Below, in pieces: positions 56,377 to 63,569 of a stretch of DNA of 64,000 nucleotides. Under the pieces are notes generated by a model, which ran no database searches, was not told where the DNA came from, and saw only the letters and a program-made list of their open reading frames with translations. Numbering within the stretch: position 1 is the stretch's first letter; the number at the start of each line of letters is the position of its first letter. Made by a program: the position numbers and the translations under genes. The stretch comes from an uncultured archaeon (GTDB lineage: Archaea; Thermoproteota; Nitrososphaeria_A; Caldarchaeales; Calditenuaceae), in NCBI GenBank assembly GCA_938017985.1, contig CALIKS010000015.1:17017-81016 (forward strand). The letters are read 5' to 3'.

Positions 56377-58323
56377 CTATACTATTCTTTCTCCAGTATT
56401 TTTTAAAGCGATGTATCCATCAAGTCTTCCTATCGCCTCTCTGAAAATTTCTGATGATAAGATGTTGAGGAGTCTCTGAATGGATGGCTTTGAGACTCTG
56501 TCGATACGGACGGCGAAGTCGTATATCTCGGTCGAGACCGGTATGAAGTCTAGGCCGTATAGCTTTGCGGCGTATTCTATTCCGACTCCGCAGTCAGCTC
56601 TTCCATCCCTCACTGCGATTGCGACAGCGTTATGCGTCCCGACCTGATAGTTGTATCCCTTGATGGTCTTCTCTGGATAATCGACTCCCAGTTCTTTGAG
56701 CTTCATGTCTAGTAGTTGTCTCGCACCTGAGCCCCTAACCCTATTCACTATTCTGAGACCCCTCTCGACGACGTCTCTCAGGCTTTTTATTCCGAGTGGA
56801 TTTCCCTTCCCAACTATGAGTCCTATCCGTCTGCCGTATCCCCTGTAGAGGGCGACAACTCCCTCGAGCCCCAGCTCGCTGACCATGTGGACATTGTATT
56901 CTCCAGTCTCTGGATTGAGTAGATGCGTACCAGCCATGTCTGCCTCGCCTCTCTTCAATGCCTTCCAACCGGCCAGGCTTCCGACATTGATTATCCTAAC
57001 ATTTCTTATACTGGCTAGCTCCAGCAGGGCGTCGACTGCTAAGCAGTGACTACCAATGATGTTTAGCTCAGTAAATCTATACCTCTGAGAGAAAAGATTG
57101 ACGACTACTTCTTCGTCCTCATCTATGAATTGTTTCTCCTCTCCTACTTCGACGAAGCCGTCTGAAATTGCGAGCGCGGTCGTCGAGCCTGAGCCCACAA
57201 GTATGGGATAGGCTGCGAGGCCATTAGTTGTCTCGATGAGCTGGACGGGTACGTATTCCGTCTTTCCCCCGCCTGCCTCAAGCCTGAATGGAAACCTGGC
57301 CGAGACCCTTAGGCCTCCCTCAACAATCCTTGCCCCGCTCATCTTCAATATAAGTGGGCGGACAAGCACGTTGAAGATTATCATGGCTGAGAGTGGAAAT
57401 CCAGGCAGTCCCAAGAGCAGTCGATTGCCATGCGAGAGGCCTATGACCGTCGGCTTGCCTGGCCTGATGTTCAGTCCATGAACTAGGACTCTTCCAAGAT
57501 TGCTGAAGACTCTGTAGATAACGTCGCCATAGCCTGCAGACGTGCTTCCAGAAGTAATTATCAAGTCATGAGTATTCAGGACGCTCTGCAATGCATGAGT
57601 AATCTCCTCGGGCTCATCGGGCAGTATTCCGTAGAACCTCGCATCGGCTCCACACTCATTAGCAAGAGCGGCCAGCGTTGGGCCATTCACGTCGATTATT
57701 TTTCCCGGAGCCAGCTCTTCCTTACTCATTACGAGCTCGTCTCCGACAGAGAAGACCGCTACCCTAGGCATGCGATACACTTTAACCATACTTATTCCCG
57801 TACCCCTGAGTGCGGCAATCTCCTTAGCCATTATCACGTCTCCCCTCCTAAGCACTACGTCTCCCCTCGCCGCGTCGGAGCCAGCTGCAGAGACGTTCTC
57901 ACCTGGAGACACATGCCTGTATATCAAGACCTCTCCATCGGACTCCTTAGTGTACTCGACCATTACGACAGCGTCAGCGCCGCGGGGAATCATTGCGCCC
58001 GTGGAGATCTTGACGGTCTCGCCCCGACTAATCATCACTTCTGGCAGTGTGCCTATCCTCACTTCTCCGATTACTCTCAGCTTGACTGGACTTAGCTCAG
58101 AGGCTTCGTATACGTCAGAAGAGTTTACTGCGTATCCATCCACTGTGCTCCTGTCAAATGGAGGCGAGTCGACCATTGCAGATATGTTCTCTGCAAGCAC
58201 TCTCCCAGCAGCCTTTGTTACCTCCAGCTCTTCCACGTCGAGCGACCTAAATCCTCCCAGCGCCTCCTCTATCATTCTAAGGGCTTCCTCCACGCTTACG
58301 AGTCTGTGAAAGACGTATGCCAA
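56377..58323 (-). CDS. moeA: MoeA-type molybdopterin molybdo/tungsto-transferase fused to a C-terminal periplasmic-binding-protein-like domain
   Basis: 648 aa. The N-terminal ~410 aa are MoeA-like (SPPFDRSTVDGYAV, ITSGSTSAG, RPGKPT). The C-terminal ~230 aa resemble a type 2 PBP/oxyanion-binding fold (NIIGSHCLAVD...GEADMAGTHL). Confidence 0.82.
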   Translation of the reverse strand: MAYVFHRLVSVEEALRMIEEALGGFRSLDVEELEVTKAAGRVLAENISAMVDSPPFDRSTVDGYAVNSSDVYEASELSPVKLRVIGEVRIGTLPEVMISRGETVKISTGAMIPRGADAVVMVEYTKESDGEVLIYRHVSPGENVSAAGSDAARGDVVLRRGDVIMAKEIAALRGTGISMVKVYRMPRVAVFSVGDELVMSKEELAPGKIIDVNGPTLAALANECGADARFYGILPDEPEEITHALQSVLNTHDLIITSGSTSAGYGDVIYRVFSNLGRVLVHGLNIRPGKPTVIGLSHGNRLLLGLPGFPLSAMIIFNVLVRPLILKMSGARIVEGGLRVSARFPFRLEAGGGKTEYVPVQLIETTNGLAAYPILVGSGSTTALAISDGFVEVGEEKQFIDEDEEVVVNLFSQRYRFTELNIIGSHCLAVDALLELASIRNVRIINVGSLAGWKALKRGEADMAGTHLLNPETGEYNVHMVSELGLEGVVALYRGYGRRIGLIVGKGNPLGIKSLRDVVERGLRIVNRVRGSGARQLLDMKLKELGVDYPEKTIKGYNYQVGTHNAVAIAVRDGRADCGVGIEYAAKLYGLDFIPVSTEIYDFAVRIDRVSKPSIQRLLNILSSEIFREAIGRLDGYIALKNTGERIV

Positions 58324-58325
58324 GC

Positions 58326-59594
58326 TTAGTCCCCCTCTAGTGGCTGTGTAATCTCAACCTCGACGACCTCTCCCTCGTCATGCCCCTCCAGCATCTCTGG
58401 AATTTCCAGTATTCCGTTCCCACCCGTGAGTGTCGAGAGTAGTCCTGACCCTGTCAGCATCATGGGCTCAACTATGTAGGACTCTCCCTCTCGCCTGACT
58501 CTGACCCTTACGAAGGCCCTTATCCCCTGCGGCTTCGCGACGCGTCTCGTCAGTCTTCCCCTAATTCTTGGAGGCGGGGGCATGCGTGTCCCAGTCATCA
58601 TCGAGATGCACGGCTCGACGAGCGTCTTGTAGCCTATGTATGCGGAGACTGGGAAGCCTGAGAGCATGAATATTGGCTTTCCCCCGATTATTCCTACTCC
58701 TGTCGGCTTCGCCGGCCTTATCCTCAGTCCATGAATGATTATTCCAGGCTCTCCTAGGCTGCTCACCACGTCTGGCACGTTGTCTGTCTCGCCAATGCTT
58801 GTTCCTCCGGTTATTATCACCATGTCTGCCCGGCTTAGGCCTTTCATTATCTGGCTCCTCAGCTCCTCGGTGCTGTCTGGAGATATTCCCAGGTCTATGG
58901 GCTCTGCCCCGCTCGTCTCTAGCAGTGCCTTTAGCATCGGCCTGTTTGTGTCTATCACTTCTCCGACGTTCTTCTTCATTCCATGCATTACTAGCTCGTT
59001 GCCGGTCGAGATTATCGCGGCTCTCGGTCTCCTCAGCACCTTGACGCTCGTGATGTTCTGTCCGGCCAGCGCAGCGATGTGCCACGGCATTATTCTCGTC
59101 TGCTTCTTGGCTATGATGCTGCCTGCGGGGTAGTCCTCACCCATCCTAGACACGTTCTGGTAAGGTGTGACCTGCCTAGTCACCTCCACCTTGCTGTTGG
59201 TCTGTCTTGCGTGTTCAGCCATGACTACGGCTGTCGCTTCGTCGGGCAACGGTGCGCCGGTCATTATCTCCGCCGTCTCTCCTCTCCTGATTCTTGGCAG
59301 CTGGTCCGGCCTCGCTCCGGCCATTATTTTTCCGACTAGTCTGAGCGTGACTGGGTTGTTGGGTGTGGCTCCGAAGGTGTCTTCGGCGATTACTGCGTAG
59401 CCGTCTACTGCGCTTCTGTTGAGGTCTGGTATGCTTATCGTTGCGGTTATGTCTTCTGCGAGTATTCTTCCATGCGACTCCTCCAGGCTGACTATCTCTG
59501 TCTCGGTTATTCTGTGTGTCATGTATCTCCTGAGTTTCTCCAGCGCCTCGCTGAGCGGTGTGAGTTCCTCGAAGCCAATCATCTTCCTCCTCAT
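58326..59594 (-). CDS. moeA: MoeA molybdopterin molybdo/tungsto-transferase
   Basis: 422 aa with PDLNRSAVDGYAV, ITGGTSIGETD and RPAKPT. It lies 2 nt upstream of the fused paralog. Confidence 0.88.
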   Translation of the reverse strand: MRRKMIGFEELTPLSEALEKLRRYMTHRITETEIVSLEESHGRILAEDITATISIPDLNRSAVDGYAVIAEDTFGATPNNPVTLRLVGKIMAGARPDQLPRIRRGETAEIMTGAPLPDEATAVVMAEHARQTNSKVEVTRQVTPYQNVSRMGEDYPAGSIIAKKQTRIMPWHIAALAGQNITSVKVLRRPRAAIISTGNELVMHGMKKNVGEVIDTNRPMLKALLETSGAEPIDLGISPDSTEELRSQIMKGLSRADMVIITGGTSIGETDNVPDVVSSLGEPGIIIHGLRIRPAKPTGVGIIGGKPIFMLSGFPVSAYIGYKTLVEPCISMMTGTRMPPPPRIRGRLTRRVAKPQGIRAFVRVRVRREGESYIVEPMMLTGSGLLSTLTGGNGILEIPEMLEGHDEGEVVEVEITQPLEGD

Positions 59595-59650
59595 TTATCT
59601 CCTCAATATCCCTAGCTCGGGGAGTAATAATTGTCTTATCATTGATAACA

Positions 59651-59658
59651 TTTTTATT
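59651..59658 (+). promoter_or_regulatory. TATA-like box for tRNA-Gly(UCC)
   Basis: TTTTTATT is centred about 28 nt upstream of the tRNA 5' end at 59683. Confidence 0.4.
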
Positions 59659-59682
59659 CTGAGTTGTCTAGGAATGGTTTTG

Positions 59683-59757
59683 GCGGCCGTGGTCTAGTCT
59701 GGACTAGGACGTGGGCTTTCCGAGCCCAATACCCGGGTTCAAATCCCGGCGGCCGCA
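59683..59757 (+). tRNA. tRNA-Gly(UCC)
   Basis: Hand fold. Acceptor GCGGCCG pairs with CGGCCGC. D arm is GTCT-AGTCTGGACTA-GGAC. Anticodon arm is TGGGC-TT TCC GA-GCCCA. T arm is CCGGG-TTCAAAT-CCCGG. Discriminator is A. There is no intron and no encoded CCA. Confidence 0.92.
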
Positions 59758-59759
59758 GT

Positions 59760-60551
59760 CTATTGTTTTTTACTTGCGATAAATATGCATGCCTCTGCTC
59801 CGCTGGCTATGCATGTCTGCTCCTCGACTTCCCATTCTCCTCCCATTATCTCTGAGATGTAGCCTGCTAGGTATCCTCGCATGAGTTGTGATGCTGGCTC
59901 ATGTATCTTGTCCTTGATTAGTTGGCACTCGACGAGTCCCTTTATCTTGAGTTTGAGGGTGTCTTTCTCCGGCTGTTCTATCTCGACGCTGTGGCACCAG
60001 CCGAGCGTTGTGAGTGGAATAACTTCGAGCGGTTTTGTCGTCCCCATCTCTGGGAAGACCTTCTTGATGTATTGTGCCTGGGACATGCCCATCGGCTGGC
60101 CCAGATGGTAGAGGAATGCTTCTGCCGCTGATTTTCCGAGTTTTTCATAGAGACTTTCTAGTAGTCCCTTGAACTCGGTGTCTGTGACCACCATTGCCCT
60201 AGACTCGTATATCCCTAACTCGTTGTAGAATGGCGCGATTGATGTATGGATTGGCAACTGTCTATGCATCAATAGTCTTCTTACTCCCTTCTTCTTCTCG
60301 ATGAGTTTTACGAGGTTGTCAACCTCCTCGTCGGTGTATCCATCGATATCGATGAAGACTATTAGGTGGAATGGCTGCTCGACATTCATCGCTATGTTCG
60401 AGATGATTCCAACGATGTTTAGCCCAGCCGCGGAGATGACCTCGAGTGCTGAGATAAGCGAGCCGGGCTTATTCTCAAGCTCGAGAAAGAGGCTCCTAAG
60501 CCCCTTCTCAGGAATCGACGCAATAAAGGGCAAAATAAACTTCTGAACCAT
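59760..60551 (-). CDS. ACT-domain plus V4R-domain protein (predicted small-molecule sensor)
   Basis: 263 aa. The N-terminal ACT-like segment is LFLELENKPGSLISALEVISAAGLNIVGI. The C-terminal V4R signature is GYLAGYISEIMG...EEQTCIASGAEACIFI. Confidence 0.65.
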   Translation of the reverse strand: MVQKFILPFIASIPEKGLRSLFLELENKPGSLISALEVISAAGLNIVGIISNIAMNVEQPFHLIVFIDIDGYTDEEVDNLVKLIEKKKGVRRLLMHRQLPIHTSIAPFYNELGIYESRAMVVTDTEFKGLLESLYEKLGKSAAEAFLYHLGQPMGMSQAQYIKKVFPEMGTTKPLEVIPLTTLGWCHSVEIEQPEKDTLKLKIKGLVECQLIKDKIHEPASQLMRGYLAGYISEIMGGEWEVEEQTCIASGAEACIFIASKKQ

Positions 60552-60705
60552 GCCTAAATATGATTAATGAGTCTAATAAGCATTGATTTTCTAAAAAAAT
60601 AAAAAAAGTTATGCTTCCAAATTATTAATGCTGTTTTGATTATAATTGATGTCTAAAGAGGCTCAGAAGATTTAGGGTAATTAGTTGGGACGTTGTTTTA
60701 TATCC

Positions 60706-61788
60706 GTGCGTGTCCGAGTGGCGGGGATTGACCCAGGCACGAGGAGCTTCGACGTTCTCGGACTAGAGGATGGAGAGGTCTTTCTCGACGAGTCGATTCC
60801 ATCGACAGAGATAGCAAGGAACCCTGGCTGTCTCGCGAAATTGCTAATGGATGCGGGACCGCTTGACTTGGTCGTCGGCCCCTCTGGCTACGGATTACCT
60901 ATGAAGCACATATCAGAGATAGGTGAGGAGGAAATTTTTCAGATGGTGCTTTTCAAGCCGGGCGACCCTGATATCCCAGTCCTGACCGGTCTCTCAAAGG
61001 CAGTAAAGCTCCTAAAAGATGCAGGCCTCAACATTATTTTTATCCCAGGCATCATCCATCTGCCTACAGTGCCTGAATACAGGAAGATAAACGCGATAGA
61101 CATGGGAACTGCGGATAAGCTATGCTGCGCGGTCCTCGCGATTCATGACTACTCCGAGAGGCATGGAGTGCCTTTTGACAAAGTATCAATAATTCTGCTT
61201 GAGATAGGCTTCGGATACAACGCAGGCATAGCAATCGAGAATGGAAGGATAGTTGATGGCATCGGGGGGACGAGGGCAGGCCCAGGCTTCCTGACCTCTG
61301 GTGCACTTGACGGAGAGGTCGCCTACATGCTTGAGCGCATCAGCAAGACGACTCTCTTCACAGGAGGTGTCAGGACAATCGTTGGAGACGAGAGTCTCAC
61401 GCCAGAAGACTTCCCAAAGAGAGCTAGGACAGAGCCGAGGGCTAGACTTGCATGGGAAGCATTCATGGAGGGACTCGAGAAGACGGCGAGAGCGCTGCAG
61501 GCGTCTGTCAAGAAGCCAGAAGCAATCATAATATCTGGAAGACTCAGTAATATCCCAGAGATCTATCAAGAACTGAGCAGCAGGCTCTCAGAGATAGCTA
61601 GGGTTGAGAAGATAGTCGGGCTCCAGGCGAGGGCAAAAGCAGCGGCACAGGGAGCAGCCCTCATCGCGGATGGACTAGCGGGCGGAAGGACAAGAGGACT
61701 AGTAGAGCACATGAAGATAAAGGAGGCTGCGGGAACAGTGCTCGACCACGTATACATCGGCGCCCTAAACAAAAAATACCGAGTGTGA
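60706..61788 (+). CDS. DUF1464-family protein (ASKHA / actin-like ATPase fold)
   Basis: VAGIDPGTRSFDVLGLEDGEV is an ASKHA phosphate-1-like N-terminus typical of DUF1464. I prefer GTG 60706 (MRVRVAGIDPGT) to the track's TTG at 60685. Confidence 0.65.
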   Translation: MRVRVAGIDPGTRSFDVLGLEDGEVFLDESIPSTEIARNPGCLAKLLMDAGPLDLVVGPSGYGLPMKHISEIGEEEIFQMVLFKPGDPDIPVLTGLSKAVKLLKDAGLNIIFIPGIIHLPTVPEYRKINAIDMGTADKLCCAVLAIHDYSERHGVPFDKVSIILLEIGFGYNAGIAIENGRIVDGIGGTRAGPGFLTSGALDGEVAYMLERISKTTLFTGGVRTIVGDESLTPEDFPKRARTEPRARLAWEAFMEGLEKTARALQASVKKPEAIIISGRLSNIPEIYQELSSRLSEIARVEKIVGLQARAKAAAQGAALIADGLAGGRTRGLVEHMKIKEAAGTVLDHVYIGALNKKYRV

Positions 61789-61862
61789 GGAAGTTTTAGA
61801 TAATTAAAAACTTATAAGCATCAGCCAAAGGCAATAATACGTAAAGACTCTGGTGAATAATT

Positions 61863-62204
61863 TTGAGTAAAAAATACTTCAGGAGGGACGAAATCGTGGG
61901 TAAAGACATAATATCCGACGCCGCCATAAGGCTCGGCAAGGTAAAGGACATCGGATATGATCCCGAAGGAAAAATCGTCCTGATATATGATAAGCTAGAT
62001 GAGGGCGGAGAAGAAGCAATCCCATCCTCCCATATAATCGCATTCGGAGACGTAGTCCTCGTCAAGTCAACAACAATAGAAAAGACAACAGCGCCAACTC
62101 AGACCGCCTCTCCTTCAGTAAAGATTTGTCCCAAGTGTGGAAGGGCAAACGCTCCCGACCTGATTTACTGTACTGGATGCGGCTCGAGGCTGGAGGCGCA
62201 GTAG
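61863..62204 (+). CDS. PRC-barrel domain protein with a C-terminal zinc ribbon
   Basis: 113 aa with a TTG start. The PRC-barrel core is IVGKDIISDAAIRLGKVKDIGYDPEGKIVLI. The ribbon is CPKCGRANAPDLIYCTGCG (Cx2Cx10Cx2C). Confidence 0.7.
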   Translation: MSKKYFRRDEIVGKDIISDAAIRLGKVKDIGYDPEGKIVLIYDKLDEGGEEAIPSSHIIAFGDVVLVKSTTIEKTTAPTQTASPSVKICPKCGRANAPDLIYCTGCGSRLEAQ

Positions 62205-62206
62205 AG

Positions 62207-62965
62207 ATGAAGCTCGAAGATAATCTAAGAGACGCCTACAACTATACGGCTAAGCTATTTAAGGACATTGGAAGACTCGCCATCCTAATCGTCTTAAACA
62301 TAATACCCATAGTCAACTTCATAGTTTCTGGATACTTCGCAAGAGTAATCAAAGAGTCGCCGAGAAGCGACGCTCCACCACCCATCGAGAAGTATGGAGA
62401 ACTCTGGGTAGAAGGAGCAAAAATCTTCATCGTCACACTAGTCTACATGATAGTGCCGATAGTCCTATTATCGGTAGGGATGGCCTCGGCTATAGTGGCT
62501 GGCATGTTTTTTCCCATGGCCGGGCTCGGCGTCTTAGGCAGCATACTGGTAGTCATAGGACTAATCCTGATATTCTTCATAATGATAATAGCACTAATGG
62601 CGATAGTCCACATGGTCAAGACTGGAAGACTTGGAGCCGCGTTTGATTTTAACAAGATATTATCAAAAATCAGAGCCATAGGCTGGGCAAACTACATAAT
62701 CTGGATAATCGTAATATTCATCATTGGACTAATACTGGCCGGACTCTCATTCATACCCTACATTGGATGGCTCATATCCCTAATATTATCCCCGGTCTTC
62801 ATGGTCTTCATCGGCAGGTCAGCCTCTAACATTTATGAATCATCCGTGACTACCTCTATAGCCCCATCCGTAGCAACCCCAGTAGCCCTATTCTGCGGCT
62901 ACTGCGGAAACCCACTCAGACCAGAAGACAAATTCTGCGGCAAATGTGGAAGACCAGTAAAATGA
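62207..62965 (+). CDS. DUF4013-like polytopic membrane protein with a C-terminal zinc ribbon
   Basis: ATG 62207 lies 2 nt after the upstream stop and is preferred over the in-frame TTG at 62126. It has several TM helices and the ribbon CGYCGNPLRPEDKFCGKCG (Cx2Cx10Cx2C). Confidence 0.65.
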   Translation: MKLEDNLRDAYNYTAKLFKDIGRLAILIVLNIIPIVNFIVSGYFARVIKESPRSDAPPPIEKYGELWVEGAKIFIVTLVYMIVPIVLLSVGMASAIVAGMFFPMAGLGVLGSILVVIGLILIFFIMIIALMAIVHMVKTGRLGAAFDFNKILSKIRAIGWANYIIWIIVIFIIGLILAGLSFIPYIGWLISLILSPVFMVFIGRSASNIYESSVTTSIAPSVATPVALFCGYCGNPLRPEDKFCGKCGRPVK

Positions 62966-63050
62966 AACACTAATCACTACAAATAAATTTTTTATGAAGA
63001 ATAAGAGTAGCTCCGAAAAATATTAAAGATATCTAAAACTAAGCGTATCC

Positions 63051-63281
63051 ATGGCTAGGATAATCATACATACCGCCAAGAGACCATACAGATACACGAC
63101 ACAGAAGGGCGAAGACGTATGGATATGCATGTGCGGACTAAGCGACACATATCCAATATGCAGTGGAAAACACAAAATATGCGCTGCAGAAAAAGAAGAA
63201 ATACTAGCATACGACCAAGACGCAAATAAAATAGAAATAAATCTACCAGCAGAGATACTACAAAAAATCCGACGAGTATAA
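63051..63281 (+). CDS. CDGSH-type iron-sulfur domain protein (mitoNEET-like)
   Basis: 76 aa. CMCGLSDTYPICSGKH fits CxCxxSxxxPxC(D/S)GxH. Confidence 0.7.
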   Translation: MARIIIHTAKRPYRYTTQKGEDVWICMCGLSDTYPICSGKHKICAAEKEEILAYDQDANKIEINLPAEILQKIRRV

Positions 63282-63449
63282 ACCACATAAATAATTAATT
63301 ATTTAATCAAGCCACACAATATAATTACAACATCTCTCCATATACTAGAACGAGGAACAATGAAGAGAAAAGCAGCCCCTACCGAGAAACATAAAGACGA
63401 GAAAAAGACTGTTAAGCAAAAATTGAGAAAATCACGACTGCTTAACAAC

Positions 63450-63523
63450 TGCGGCCGCCGGGATTTGAACCCGGGACCCCCAGCGTGGCAGGCTGGTGTC
63501 CTACCAGACTAGACTACGGCCGC
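63450..63523 (-). tRNA. tRNA-Gly(GCC)
   Basis: The reverse complement folds as follows. Acceptor GCGGCCG pairs with CGGCCGC. D arm is GTCT-AGTCTGGTA-GGAC. Anticodon arm is CCAGC-CT GCC AC-GCTGG. Variable loop is GGGTC. T arm is CCGGG-TTCAAAT-CCCGG. Discriminator is A. Confidence 0.92.
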
Positions 63524-63569
63524 ACACAGATACACAATAAAGAAGAAATTAAAAACCTTAACCCAACAA

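Noticed and set aside
57568-59400. Multiple ORFs antisense or out of frame to the two moeA genes (57568-58095, 57770-58309, 58561-59085, 58735-59133, 59079-59400)
   Set aside because: High GC makes long spurious frames likely. The products are Arg/Ser/Pro-rich low-complexity strings, and the MoeA frames carry clear family motifs.
62126-62206. Upstream TTG start extending the DUF4013 gene by 27 codons
   Set aside because: It would overlap the PRC-barrel gene by 79 nt. ATG 62207, 2 nt after the upstream stop, gives a normal coupled arrangement.
63411-63446. 8-bp inverted repeat GTTAAGCA/TGCTTAAC with a 20-nt loop, just downstream of tRNA-Gly(GCC) on the minus strand
   Set aside because: It is short with a large loop. 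The adjacent T-runs on the minus strand are enough to explain tRNA termination. This is not strong enough to call a structured element.
63360-63470. 36-aa highly basic ORF (MKRKAAPTEKHKDEKKTVKQKLRKSRLLNNCGRRDL)
   Set aside because: It runs into and overlaps the tRNA-Gly(GCC) gene on the opposite strand. Its composition simply mirrors the A-rich strand, and there is no supporting promoter geometry.
59683-63523. Integrated virus or plasmid at the tRNA-Gly genes
   Set aside because: There is no integrase, no partial direct duplication of a tRNA 3' end, and no viral or plasmid-type genes. I kept only the inverted-repeat observation as a finding.
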